Source of the DNA: Eledone cirrhosa
Taxonomy: Eukaryota
Reading direction: 5' to 3'
DNA length: 64,000 bases
NCBI GenBank assembly: GCA_964016885.1
Contig: OZ024750.1
Coordinates: forward strand, 248,001-312,000
In this document: positions 13,491 through 27,154 of the stretch, one piece after another
How the letters are laid out: each line of letters starts with the position of its first letter
Position numbering within the stretch: position 1 is the first letter of the stretch
Position numbers and translations under genes: made by a program
Notes under the pieces: model-generated
Databases searched by the model: none
Told to the model about the DNA's origin: nothing
Seen by the model: only the letters and a program-made list of their open reading frames with translations

Positions 13491-15214
13491 CCCCATAATA
13501 CTATATAATCTCTAAAGTCTGCCATATCTAGCACAATGTCCCAAATAGATTTTAAAAAGCATCTGAGTCATGCATGTCAATGTTTCAGACTTCTTATTAA
13601 AGCAGTCATTGGTGCTAATGGTGGATTCATTGAGTAGATACATCAAGAAGAGACACAAGATTACTCAAGTCAATTTTTTTCTCAAATAAAGCTCTTCTTC
13701 TTTTACTAAATTCAATTTACTGTAATGGTCCTGTAACTCCTGTGGGAGTTGTAGGGGCGCCATATGTCAATACAGCATTTCTAGGGCATTTTTAAATCTG
13801 GCAGAGCTCATCTCCTCTCCAGGTCTGAATATAGCAGATTTCTTCCAGAGAAGGATAGAGTGTGAGAGAATGGAAGAATCAACCCCAGGACTGAGATAGA
13901 AGGCAAAGTTGACCTCGGTGGGATTTGAACTCAGAGAGTAGAGAGCTGAAACAAATACTGCAAAGCATTCTATTCGACGTTCTGTAATTGTGAACTGAAG
14001 TGGCAGTAATGGTAAAGTGCCAAACTAAATGTTTGACAGTATTTAATTGGTGATATGTATGAAGGTCACCCGAAAAGTTTATAGGCTGACCAAGATACTC
14101 TCATGGAATGACCAAATGAAGTTTATTTTTCAACATAGTCCAATATTTTTCAACATAGTCTTTGGAAAGAAACAATGCAGTTATTAATAAGAGTTGGAAT
14201 TAATGTTTGCAAGATTTCACAGCTCAAGCATCACTCCTTCATAGTCAGCCAACATTTGTATTAATGACAAGAGAAGCAATGACAAGGTCAAAGCTAATAA
14301 CAGGCAGTTGTCAAGTATCTTGTTTAATCAACTATAGTAGTTTGTTAACAAGTGAAATAACATTAATTAAGTATAATTTCATAAAGTATTAACTGATTGA
14401 ATTGTTATTTTTTTCTTTTAAATTTACTTATCCCAAGTAAGGCAACAGTTACTAACAGAGAGAGAAAATGAAGCCATTCCTAACACAATGTTTCAGATGT
14501 AATTGGTAATACAGAAAATATAAATAAAACCGTTATTGTTCCAATCAGTCCACAAACATTCTAAACCGAACGCCAACCTGTACTCATGACTCCTGCCAAA
14601 CCAAATGGTACTCTCCCTCAAAATTTGGCAAATCAAATGCAGACCACCCATCTTCCCAAACTCAGCATAGGTAATCAGACCAAAACAGCCACCAAATGGG
14701 GAAGACAGATGTTACCAAGCCACAGCTGTCACACCATACACTTTCTATATAATAAAGCCAAAAGGGCTATATTTTTAATAGAACTGTTAACCAAAAGTAG
14801 CTTCAGTTAAAGTGAAAAAATTAATAGCAAAGAAGAATATTTAGAATACAATCTGTCTTTTAAATAACAAAGGAAAAGATTGGGAATGTTCAAACTTATT
14901 TTGTAAAATTAAAACAAAATATAAAAATATTTTTAAATATTTTAATACAAAAAGACAGAAGAAAACATAATAAATTAAAATAAATTATTGGTTATTTCTA
15001 AAGATCATACTAAACATATTACAAACAACAGCAATAAGATTATAAAATAAATACAGAATGATTAATTTTTTAATGCAGCATGTGTGGTGGTATGTCTCAT
15101 ACCCAATTGTCTGATATGGAGTCCAGTGATTTCTTCACAGAATATATGTAGGAAGTGTTGGCTTACTGGAAATCATTCCCTTCTAAGCTACACTCACAGG
15201 AATTTAATTAAGCA

Positions 15215-15560
15215 CTAAAAAAGGGTAAAGACCCCCTTCGGTCATGAATGACCATGGGATTTGCACCTAGAAAGTTCCCCTCCAAGGCACAAGTCCAGGC
15301 AAGGTTGTTTGTGGAAGACCAGCAGTTGCCCATGTATACCAGTCTCCCCTCTCCATGCCACTTATATTGTCCAAGGGAAAGGCAATGGTTGATATAGCTT
15401 GGCACCAGTGATGTTGCAATTCATTTCTATAGCTGAGTGATCTGGAGCAACGTGAAGTAAAGTGTCTTGCTCAAGAACACAATGGAAAGCCTGGTCTGAG
15501 AATCAAACTTACAACCTCATGAATGTAATGTCGATGCTCTAAGCCATGCACCTTCACAAT
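15215..15560 (-). mobile_element. SINE with the same body and a different 3' tail (another copy at 22090-22480, plus)
   Basis: Shares TCTTGAGCAAGACACTT...GTTGCTCCAG and the tail ...GACCGAAGG..GTCTTTA. Confidence 0.7.
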
Positions 15561-15786
15561 TAAGCACTACAAGCTGACAAAACACTCAAATTTTTATAAT
15601 ACTGTCATTGCTTACAATGGCGAGTTATTTCTATCATGTGGTTCCTATTTACATCTAGGTGCCCTGGGCCATTTCAGAGTTTTAAATGTTTTGGTCTCAG
15701 ACATAATGCAGTACTGGAGACAAAATAATTTTGGCTTTTTCCTGGTGCTTAGCAAAGGTTGAAGGGGTCATTACGGACCAAGAACT

Positions 15787-15975
15787 TACTGTATATACTG
15801 GAGTATATGTCAACTCCCCCTTACTTTGTCTGAGAAATAGGCAAAAATCCAAACCCCATTTATAAACCGAAGCAGCTAATCTACACATTAAGATGGTGTA
15901 TATAAGCCAGCCTTCTATTTTACCATCGATCTTTTGGTCACATATTCCTTGGCTTATATTCGAATATATATGGTA
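15787..15975. mobile_element. Tc2-like MITE (C.GTATATACTCGA.TATAAG-type TIRs, TA flanks)
   Basis: Related copies or pieces at 17085-17292, 29830-30030, 59600-59802, 61260-61312 and 63340-63470. Confidence 0.65.
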
Positions 15976-16489
15976 ATCAGAGCTACGGGCCAGGGGGTCA
16001 CATCTTGCTTACATACATTCCTGTACTCTACCCAATGCATTTTATCATAGCACCAATCCAGTTCAATTAATATGCAATAAAGTAAGTAATGATGTTTATA
16101 TTTTCTACTTGAAATTATTTTAAATTTAGTATCCAGTAATCTTGAACTAAATGTTTGGATTATTAACTGAGAAGTACCTTGACACAGGGTCTAATAGTAA
16201 GACTCTCTTCAATTTCTCATGTCTCAAAGACGTATATCAGAACTTCTCGTTCTCATTCATGATTTCTCTGAAGCATGAAAACACAAAGGTAATCGTATTG
16301 AACCAAAATTGACGATATCAAGACATGTCTAATACTAACATCTGAAAACTGGAAGCTGTATATTATTTTTCAAATTCTACCTCCTCTACAACTTATGTCA
16401 ACATCTGTGGAAGTGTTTACATGTGTGTATGTATTATATAGATATATTTATATCTATATGTATACATATATATATTTATATTTATATGT

Positions 16490-16660
<171 letters not shown>

Positions 16661-18149
16661 TAACAGTTGCAGAGCATATTCATACTTTTATAATTGAAAG
16701 ACATCTAACATTTTCACTAGGTGCAGGGCTAGTTTAAGTTTACACAGTGTACCTAGGACTACATTAGCCAATGTGTCCTATCTATTTTAAGACAGTGAAC
16801 GTGTGATTTTCTAGCATTGGCTTGACACTATTTTAGGTATCCTAATGGTAGATATTTTACTGGTTTCTGTTAGAAATAGCAGCCAAATTTCCTTTAAATC
16901 TCACCTTAGTTACTGTCTTTGGACAATGTAGTCTCTAATACTCAAATTGACAGGATGGTCACTAGTAGAATGGCTTTGATAAAGGGTGATTTGCCACATG
17001 TAAAAATAAAAGTTTATAAAAAAATTATATCTTTACAACCATTTTACTTGACTAAATAGATGCATGGTCAATTTATATTTATAATACCATACATACTCAA
17101 ATATAAATTGATCTCAATATAAGCCGACCCCACTATTTTATGTCTGAGAAATAGGTAAAAATCCAAACCCTTTTCTAAATTGAGGCAGCTAATCAATACA
17201 TTTTTTTAGATTGCATATATAAGCCAACCTCCCATTTTACCATTGATTTTTTGGTCACATATTCTTCAGCTTATATTCCAGTACATATGGTAATTATTTC
17301 ATCTGCTTCATAAGATATTGAACTCAGAACAATGAATCATTGTAATAGAGACTATATAACTTCTAGTCATGTCTGTAGCAACTCCTGAAACTTGCTTTGG
17401 ACCTATTAATAGTTTCTTATAGAAGCATGGCCACTGAGTTTGAAGACAAGATATGGGATCTCATGACAACCTTATTTTCCCACAAGGAATATAGGGTATC
17501 TCAGCTTGCTAAGAACATACCTCATACAAAAGGATCTATGAAATTTAAAAAAATTTTCAATTAAATTATAGTAAAAATAATAGAAACAAAATATTTAAAT
17601 AGATATGATTTTAAGCCAACTCAGTTCAAATCTACTACAGGTATTTTGTGGCATATTTGGGCAGTAAACTTCAATGTAGCATTTCTCCCTTTACCAAGAT
17701 GTCTAGATTAGGTTCTCACTAGATATATCTAAAGATAGTGATTATATTTGGACTTTTTTCACATCATGTAACTGGTGCTAACGACCAGGTTTATTGAATC
17801 CACAATTAATTTTCATTACAAAACAATAAAAGATTAAAGCTATTGTACAATATTTATCAGGCTCAAATGACATATCAGTTGAAGAATCAGGAAAAGGTTT
17901 TTGTTTCTTTCAGTATTTGATTACTTGGAACCATCTGTGACTTTGAAATGAACATTTTTAAAAATCATTTTAAAAAAAAACTTTCCCCATTTCCTTCGCA
18001 AACTTAAAGGGATTACATGTCCATCAAATAAACAGTGGATACAATTTACAAAATAAACAAATCAATAAAATATCCAAGAAAAATAAAAGAGGAAAAGACA
18101 AGCACACTCCCACAATTACAGACTACAACAGGGAATGTTGATGTTGTCT

Positions 18150-19500
18150 TTTAAAAGCTTTTGAAGTATTAGTACTGGCGATAGTGAAGTTAGGGTACTG
18201 GAATTTCCAAGCACTCTCCCAAGTATTACCTGATATCTCAGTATGATAGGTCACCAATGATGACAAAATTTCCAGTTAGCAAGCCAGCTCCATCAAATGT
18301 TTCGAAAGTAATTTACTGATACATAACAGTACTCCAGTGATTTCTTCTGTTCAACTAATGGATGCAGCAACCCCTAATCTCTACCACAGTGTTTACGGTC
18401 TGAAAGCAAGGGGAAATGATTGCTACCAGTGGCATCTCACTGTAAGCTACCTCTAGCTCAAGAGTAAACAATGAGTTTGTAGGACTCCTTCCCATCAACT
18501 GGCCCCAGAGATTATTAACTCTAGCTAGGGCCCATTATCCTGATTAAGTTTAATTTGATGTGATGAATGAAGCAACCTACATTCAGTTGATATGACAATT
18601 CATGGAGATACCCTGGAATCAAAGTGTTTGCCACATTAACACTTCCATCCTTCACAAATCTCAGAGCAATGGAGATGTGGAGTTCATATGGACTCAGTAA
18701 GCCATCAATGTTTTTCTCTTGCAAAGCATCAACCCAATCCCTAGAAAATTGCAGAAGGTAAGCAACACCATAAATATTGATTGGTTTCATCAAAAATAGA
18801 GTAGGTTGTCCAAAACTCTCTGAATCAATTTATCCTGCTTTGGAACTCATAAATCCAGCCCCATTCCACTGCAGCAGGGCTTTATCCACTTCCTTGTTGA
18901 CAAGAATTTCAATGAGGGACAAGCTTTAATGATGTATAACTTGGTGATTGACAAATTATTCCTAAAAATACAACAAAAAATATCCTGTGAGGATCAATTA
19001 CATTGATGCTTTTGAGTAATTACTTAAGGTTTGGTAGCTTAGACAGAATGGTAGGCTTGAAAGCAAGATCAGAAATTGAGACTCCAATGGAACACCATGC
19101 TGATAGGGGTAGAGCCCCAATGAAGAGGAAGATGTTACAAAACTTGAAGGCCCCCTACAATCAAGCTTTTCGATCAACTTTGCTGTAGCAAGCACCCTAT
19201 CTAGGGGCACCCCAAACAAACATCATAAAGGTATCAGACATTCAAATCCAAATCAGATCCCAACCTTGCAATATAATCAATTCTGAGTGCAAATAGAGTA
19301 GGCCCAAAAGTGTCACCCTGTTAAACTCCCGAGGGGCAAAGAATACCCTAGTCTCCAAAGAGATAGAAGAGTTCTCAATAAGCCTGCCAAGCAAAGTGGT
19401 AGAGTTCCTGAGTCCTCTCATTCACTCAAGTGAGCATGGCTTCATATCTGATTGAATTAAACGTGTTCTTAGATCAGATGTAACAACAACCTTCATGAAC
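18150..19500 (-). mobile_element. Probable very old L1/Tx1-like LINE relic
   Basis: More GC-rich than the flanks. Faint IDGL..PYEL and L.LE-type motifs on the minus strand; no intact ORF. Confidence 0.35.
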
Positions 19501-20367
19501 TCAGGAGTATGACAACTCCAAGCTGAAGAGAAACAAATTTAGAAAACAAATAGGACGTAAGACCGATGAGCAAAACAGTTTTTTTATGAAGCATTTCAAA
19601 GTGTTCTCAACTATAATGGGGTAGAGATCATTAGGTTTGACATAATTAAACAGGTTAGCAGCTAAGGACAAGGGTCATGTGTTGGGAGGATACTCTCAGA
19701 ACAGGCCCTGTTAACGAACTGAGGGAAATATTCTAAAAACATAAAGCTGACGTCTCCAACAGAGCTATTTATTCTTGGACTCACCACCACACACACCAGG
19801 AAAGGATGGGATCACCTTTCTGTTATTAACTGGAGTAAAAACTGGTTTTAAAGAGCCTGGTGGTTAGGGTCAGTGTAAACTATCATCCAGAGTGACAGAA
19901 CGATGTTTCCTATACAACTGATCGAAGGACTTTGATGGATGATAACGGACATAGAAGCAATGAGGGGAAGTACCAGTTTAGTGTCTAGTTCGTTGAATTT
20001 GTCATTGATGCCTTCATCTTACTGATGTATCAGATGATCTTGGTCAGATAGCTTAGCTGTTCCAAAGTCTCAGCCACGCGAATCACCTCCGGTAATTCGG
20101 TGTTTTGAGTTACCTCAGACATATTTAGAGGGTAACAACACTTCACATCTTTTTCTCTTTCGTTTTTATACATGCCAACTCATTTTTTTTTATTGATTTG
20201 TTTCTTTTGTAAATCATATTTACTGCTTACTTCCTGAATGTACGACAATATTCAAAATATAAAATAAACGTCGAAAACTTATACGAACTCCATAATGAAA
20301 CAAACATTACAATATAAACCACAGAAAAAATGTTTTAAAAGTTTACATAAAATATTTAGAAAAATAT

Positions 20368-20425
<58 letters not shown>

Positions 20426-21070
20426 ATATGTGAATGTATAAATGAATGACTTTTAGGTGGAAGGTTACATGGAAAATAATGTTCATTTAAGGAGAATTAA
20501 AGGGATAATTTATTCCAACTGGAAATTGTATACAATTATATATATATATAAATTGTTATACTTGGGGAGGTTCATACTGTTGTAATAATAGTGCCAGAAA
20601 TAATAACAGAACACACTCACTGTTTGGTTGGTTTTCGCTTCTGTATCTTTTATATCTCCATAGTTAATTTATTTGGCAACCAATGTTTAGCATTGATTGA
20701 CTAACGGTTAAATATATATATATATATATATGCGTTTGTGTGTGTGTGCGTATGTGTGCGTGTGTATACGTGAGAGAGGGGGTTTCTGATATGCCATACT
20801 GTTTCTATCATGTCCTTTCGTAAGCACCAAAATATGTTTTGCATTCATTGTAATTAGAATGACAAATAACTGTTTACATATTCACAAAAACAAAAAAACT
20901 GAAAAACACAATCCCAACACCGGGAAGTTTCTTAACCTTAATAAAATATATTATCTAAAAACAAAACCATGATGTGAGGAAGGGTATTCAGGTAGTTATT
21001 ATGAGAGACAAATAATATGAGGTTTGACAAAAATTAAATAAAAACTGAGTGGGGACAGGTTGTATGCCCC

Positions 21071-21820
21071 TTAGTAGCTAGGTATTTCAGGTCCATTGTA
21101 ATCGGATTCGTCACACCAAAAATCCGCCGGCTGTTGAATTTGAACCAACCACGATATATTCCGAGAACTATTCTCTGGTTGAGTTAGAGGCGAATGTCCT
21201 TTGGTGATTTCGTAATAATTGCATCTACGATCAGAGTCCATATCGTACGGTGGAGCAAGGATATCGAGGAAGGCCGCCGGTCCACCATCCGGACGAATTT
21301 CGTGAAGATTGCCCTTAGTAGGGGATAATACACAACAATCATCGCTCACGGATGCTTTCAATTTTGGTGCTTCCAGAAAGGGCTTTGGTGTTCTTTCGTA
21401 ATCTTTGAGAAATTTTTTAAATTCATTATTAAAGCTAGTAGATGTACTGGAAGCGGAAGATGTAGATTGTTCAGTTGAAGCGGGGAGTTCATCGAAAGAT
21501 TCAAGAGAAAGGGTTCCATGGATGACTTTGATTATACCAAACATACCTGGATGATCGTGTAAAGGAATCCGACTGTTTTCTTTCAAAACAAATATTCCCA
21601 TACTGTACACTTCATCTTCGAAAATATGTATATATGTGACTGGAGCATTACTATTTTTACTTTTTTCGGTTAAAGCTGGGTTAAAGTTAACATCTCTTCC
21701 TCTTATTTGATTCATCAATTTAACAAGTTCGTTAAGCTTTTCCTGTACAGCTGGCTCTTTCAGGCTACCAGAAAAGGTCCTGCGAGCAGCTCTACTGATT
21801 TCTTGAATCAGTGACGCCAT
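21071..21820 (-). CDS. ADO: 2-aminoethanethiol (cysteamine) dioxygenase, intronless, 249 aa
   Basis: Single ORF from ATG to stop with PCO/ADO cupin motifs: APVTYIHIFEDEVYSMGIFVL, IPLHDHPGM (two Fe-binding His), GNLHEI (third His), PAAFLDILAPPY, and RRCNYY (C-x-Y cross-link motif). Confidence 0.96.
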   Translation of the reverse strand: MASLIQEISRAARRTFSGSLKEPAVQEKLNELVKLMNQIRGRDVNFNPALTEKSKNSNAPVTYIHIFEDEVYSMGIFVLKENSRIPLHDHPGMFGIIKVIHGTLSLESFDELPASTEQSTSSASSTSTSFNNEFKKFLKDYERTPKPFLEAPKLKASVSDDCCVLSPTKGNLHEIRPDGGPAAFLDILAPPYDMDSDRRCNYYEITKGHSPLTQPENSSRNISWLVQIQQPADFWCDESDYNGPEIPSY

Positions 21821-22777
21821 TCTGATGACAATCGGAGTGTGTTGGCGCCAACAATAAATCTGGATTAGTTAGGTGGGAGATAAAGACTAGTACTTGCCAC
21901 TACTCCACGTTAATGATGGCAGTCACGTAGGCTAGCTAAAGGGAGATAATATGCAGAAACTTAGAAATCCCTGTGTAAGTTAAATCCCTTAGTTTCTCAT
22001 GATAATTTTGGTGGAGAAGCCTACTTCTTATAAGGTTTCTGTTGCTAATTACACCTTTTTTTTTTAAAGTGATAACGCTCCCTAATGGGGCTATGCGTTG
22101 TGTCATTGAACAAGGTACTTTATTTCTCGTTGCTTCAGTTCACTCAGCTGGAAAAAAGGAGTTGCGATGTCACTGGTGCAAAGCTGTATCAGCTTTTATC
22201 TTTCCCTTGAATAACATCATATATAGTGTATATATAATTTATATATAGCTTATATGGTGTGTATATAATGTATATATATGAGTTGTGACATCAATGATGC
22301 TAAGCTATATCGCCATTTCCTTTCCACTGGTAACATCGGTGGCGTAGAGAGAGGAGACTGGTATGCAAGGGTGAATGCTGGTATTCCGCAAAAACACCTC
22401 GCCCAGGCTTGTGCCTCGGAGACGAACATTCCAGGTGTAGATACCATGGTAATTGGTGACCGAAGGAGACGGGTCTTTAAACCTTTATTGTTAATATTCT
22501 TGCAAAAGAAACGCACGTCTCAATTCATCCTATCCGCTTCCCTACAAATCGTAAGCATTATAATTAAGAAATTATTATTTCATGACCATAGAGAAAAGAG
22601 TAAGTTCACATCGCTAGTGTGCTTAGTTATTTCAGAACTATAGCCACGCTATTGCCTGCATCAATGCCAGTGTGTTGGCTTGACACAAAAATAATTAGAG
22701 GAACATTCTAGCCTCCCTTGTAGTATGTAACTGGGTGTGTGGGTTTTCTCCTACTTTGTAGAATGTTACATAACAGA

Positions 22778-22831
22778 TGGCTTCGACAGGACTAGAACTG
22801 TTTCATTCGAAGGAAATCATCAGGGAAGCCA
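22778..22831 (-). ncRNA. Hammerhead-like motif, family B
   Basis: Minus strand TGGCTTC-C-CTGATGA-T-TTC(CTTC)GAA-T-GAAAC-AGTTCTA-GTC-CTGTC-GAAGCCA. The outer TGGCTTC and GAAGCCA can pair. Confidence 0.55.
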
Positions 22832-23129
22832 ACTGTCATTGTAATACGGAGGTGTTTGTATGTTTTATGGTGGTTGGGAAAGGTGGTGATTTTAAGGATA
22901 GGTAGAGGTCTTTGGCTGGGGATTTTAAAGAACTGGGGTTCTTTAAAAAAACTATTTCTAGAAATGTACAGTTAATACAATAACACAGATCAGAAGCAGG
23001 TTTATATTCACACTTAAATACCTATAAACATTCATACATACTGACGCCCACATATTTTAAAATAAACAAAAGGATTTATAGTGGTTAGTTTTGTATGTAT
23101 ATTTATGTATGTGTGTATATATATATATA

Positions 23130-24012
23130 TTGCTGTCAGCAAAGTGAGAGTAGAAAGTGAGTTTAGTGGGGAATTCAAGGTACAGGTAGGCGTTCATTAG
23201 GGTTTGGTTCTTAGCTCACTACTATACATTATAGTTCTCCAGGCTATAATAGAGGCCGGTTGCCTATGGGAAATTCTCTATGCAGATGATCTGATCCTTA
23301 TAGCTGAATCCGTAAAAGAACAAGAAAATATGTTCCAACTATAGAAACAGAATTTAGAATCAAAAGGCCTAAATCCAGTCACCTGAAGGGCCCATAGAAG
23401 TCGTTGATGACTTCTGCTTTCTAGGCAACATAATTAGCAGCAGTTGAGGGTGCTCTGAGAGCATAATAGCTAACTATTAGTAAGGATAGGATGGAAGAAG
23501 TTTAGTGAGTTACTCCCACTGTTGACCACAAAAGGTCCCCCCCCCTCCCATGTACAAAAGGATGACTGTGTGACGCCTGTGTGCAAAGTGTGATGCTACA
23601 TGATAGTGAAACATGGGCTGTGACTGCAGAGGACATGCATATATTGGAGAGAAATAAAGCAACCATTGGATGTGCAATGTAAGTGTGAGAGAAAAGCAGA
23701 GTTTGGACGAGCTGAGGGAGAAACCAGTTTTAAGAGGAATCAAAGACTGCATTGGTACAGACGTGATGTGCTTGGATGATGACCGATGGGTCAAGAAGTG
23801 CCAGGAAACCTCACTGGAAGGAAGTCAGAGTAGAGCTTGACCAAGAAAGACCTAGGCAAGGTTCTGAGAGCTCACCTCAAATCATTGAGACTCACAGCAG
23901 AGATGATGAAGGATCGCAACAAGTGGAGAGATGCCATGCTGAGAAGGACCCATTCAATCCATGCAAGCATGGAAAAACAGAAATAAAAACGATGATGTTG
24001 ATGAAGGTAATG

Positions 24013-24015
<3 letters not shown>
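23130..24015 (+). mobile_element. Older, heavily degraded RTE LINE copy with internal deletions
   Basis: Remnants of VGVH*G..LS.LL, LYADDL (23278), GWKKFSELLPLL and SETWA, plus the RTE-type tail CCATGCAAGCATGGAAAA...GATGATG. Confidence 0.8.
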
Positions 24016-24071
<56 letters not shown>

Positions 24072-24309
24072 TAAAATCTGTCCCAAGCCATCAAGCTCAT
24101 CAGGCTAGTGCTTATTCTTGGTTTCATTTTTCATCACCATTAAGCGCGTAAGAGTTAAGAGTTTTCCTGGTGAGGACACCAGTCCATTGCAGAGTTAACC
24201 AACAACCAACTATTTCTGGTATCTATTTTCAACTGAGTGTATTGGAGCAAGGTGCCTTCACACACACTCACATATTATATGTCCTCTACCTCCCACCATA
24301 TTATCATAC

Positions 24310-24540
24310 TAAGGCCTTACTCTTGGTGCAACTGCTGTGGACTGGATGAACCTCGTGGCAAGCTCCACACTTGACGGATGGATGGGATTAAAGAAGATCT
24401 CCAGAGACTTGATATTGGAGGATACAGAGGGCCTGGCACAGGACTGCCAGTAATGGAGGGCCCAGTCAGCTCTACGCATGATGACACCTCTGGGATCGGT
24501 GACGTAGGATAACCCTAGGATCATCAAGCAAAGAAGAAGA
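24310..24540 (+). mobile_element. LINE (RTE-like) extreme 3' fragment with (AGA)n tail
   Basis: PRGK...DGIKEDLQRL...AQD..*WR remnant followed by AAGAAGAAGA. Confidence 0.5.
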
Positions 24541-24551
24541 TATATATTTAT

Positions 24552-24634
24552 ATGCAGGATGTCCCCCCAAAATGTATACACATTTCAACAGCATTATAAT
24601 CAAAGTATGTATACCTTTTTGGGGACACCCTGTA
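24552..24634. mobile_element. Miniature Tc1/mariner-type MITE
   Basis: CAGGATGTCCCCCCAAAATGTATACA ... TGTATACCTTTTTGGGGACACCCTG-TA. Confidence 0.65.
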
Positions 24635-24642
24635 TGTGTGTG

Positions 24643-24676
<34 letters not shown>

Positions 24677-24800
24677 GAGTGCCCCCCCCCCCCACCCACC
24701 AAAAAAAATATATATATATAAATATAAAAGAAAAAAGTATTATTTCATATATATATATAAATATAAAAGAAAAAAAGTATTATTTCACATATGTATATAT

Positions 24801-24833
<33 letters not shown>

Positions 24834-27052
24834 GTTTAACGTCCATTTTCCACGCTAGCATGGGTCTGGACGGGAATTGTCCCACTTGAGGCAAGATTGG
24901 TTGTCTTGTTCAGGACTGTCTGGCGGGTTTTCTACGGCCGGGTGCCCTTCCCAACACCAACCACATTTACAGTGTGGACTGGGAGGTTTTTACCGTGTTA
25001 CCTACACGGCCACATTACAGCGTGGACTGTGTGTTTTTGTTTTTTTTTTGTCGTGACACCTACACGACCTCATTTGTTTCGGACTGGATGTTGTGGTACC
25101 AACATAACTTCACATTTAAGGGGGTGGTGTGGATGGGGTGGGGGTAGTGGGATGGGGGTGTATTTTGTTAGAGGTGCCTACTGACTTTAGGTTTCGCTTT
25201 GTACTTAGGCAAGGCGGGTCTTCTGTATAACTGTGTAGCGCCAAAGATCTCGGTCCAGTGACATTGTCTTGGAGAGGTGTAAGTGTGTTGGGTCGGAATT
25301 TATCAAGTCGTCCCAGGTTTTTCTGGGTCTGCCTACTCCGTGGCTACCGTCTATTTTTATCGTCCTGCACTTTTTTATACAGCTGTCGTCTTTCATGCGC
25401 ATCACGTGACCATACCAACGTAGTCTTCTCTCGAGTAAACAACATCTGATCCCTCTTATTCCTAATTTCTCCCTTAGTTCGTTTATGCTTTGCCGTTCAC
25501 GTATATTACTATTACATATCCAGCGGAGCATGCAAGCTTCGTTTCTCTCCAGTCTGCGTATACCCTCTGCACACAATGCCCAGGTCTCACTGCTATGTAA
25601 CATTGCTGTTCGTATGCAGGCATCATACAGCCTGCCTTTCATTTTTAGAGAGAACCCTTTAGCGGCCAATAGTGGTATAAGCTCTCTGAACTTTTTCCAT
25701 CCCGTTCTGACTCTAGCTACTAAATTTTCAGAGCACCCTCACCCACTGCTGATTTTGTCACCCAGGTAACGGAAGCTGTCCACTATTTCTATAGAACCAT
25801 CAGTGCAATGGAATGAGCTAGTATTCTGTGGGCACTTGCTGCTACTTATTGCACCAGAGCACCGGCCACATATAAAATCTATATTCTTAGTTAGCTTACC
25901 TGTGATCCCACAACATCTTTTATGCACCCATACTTTGCATTTGGGACATAAAATGGAGTTTCTGCCTACTCTTTTCCTACACACTGAGCATGGCCATTTC
26001 CCAGATGGGACCGGTGCCCTATTTTCCTTCCTACAAACTAGAACTTTAGTCTTAGACAAGTTAACTTTAAGGCCTTTTGATTCTAGGCCATACTTCCATG
26101 TTTGGAATTTCTTCTCTAGTTCAGCCATTGATTCAGCTATGAGCGTTAGATCATCTGCATATAGGAGTTCCCATGGGCAGCCGGTCTTGAACTCCTCTGT
26201 TATAGCCTGAAGGGCAATAATAAATAGTAGGGGGCTAAGGACGGAGCCCTGATGAACACCAACTTTTACGCTAAACTCTTCACTATATTCGTTGTTAATT
26301 CTAACCTTGCTGACTGTTTCTTTATACATGGCTTGTATAGCTCTCACAAGCCATTCATCAACACCTAGTTTTCTGAAGGCCCACCAGATAATCGAGTGGG
26401 GTACTCTGTCAAAGGCTTTCTCCAAGTCAACAAAGGCTAAGTATAGGGGTTTACTTTTAGCTAGGTACTTCTCTTGTAGTTGTCGTACAATGAAGAGAGC
26501 GTCTGTTGTACTTTTACCTGACACAAACTCGAACTGCATTTCGTCTAGATCAATTGCGCTATTACTTTTTCTGTGACCTTCATGACCTGGTCAATCAATT
26601 TAATAGTTTCCCCTATCTAGGGCATCACCTTTACCCTTGTAGCAGTTAATGATGATGCTGCTGCGCCAGTCCTTCGGAACGACCCCATTCTGTATGACTT
26701 GGTTTACTATCTGAGTGACCATAGTGTGTCCCACCGTTCCAGATGCTTTCAGCATTTCAGCAACTATTTCCGAAGGCTCGGCCGCCTTGCCCGTCTTCAT
26801 GTCTTTGATCGCCTTACTTATTATACTACCTTCAACTTGCACTGCTGGTCCCTCTATTGGGTCGATGTGGGGGAGACTGTCTTTCTCCCAACTATTCTCC
26901 TAATTTAGTAGCCTTTCGTAGTGACACTTCCAAGCTACCTTCTTATCAGCGTCAGTGATGGCAAGTACACCATCATCATTAAGGACACACTTCTCCCCGA
27001 CAATATCACTGTTTTCCTTGACACATTGCCTAGCAATCCTGAACACCTCACG
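24801..27052 (-). mobile_element. 5'-truncated RTE-clade LINE with frameshifted ORF2 (RT, PHD-like insert, C-terminus) and (GAT)n tail
   Basis: ORF pieces 26600-26842, 25739-26539 and 25205-25669 carry FVDLEKAFDRVP, GVHQGSVLSPLLF, LLYADDL, FRYLG and RRLRWYGHVMRM. The 3' end is CCATGCTAGCGTGGAAAATGGACGTTAAAC(GAT)n. Confidence 0.95.
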
Positions 27053-27154
27053 TTTTTATGAAGTATATCCGTAGGAAAAGTAAAGGAAAAGAGAGTGCTC
27101 TATGTAGGCTACAGAGCTTTATAGTTATGTAATAAACAACATAAGATAATTTAT

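Noticed and set aside
21071-21820. ADO as a processed retrocopy or horizontally acquired gene because it lacks introns
   Set aside because: Human ADO is also single-exon, the ORF and catalytic motifs are intact, and there is no poly(A) or target-site duplication scar.
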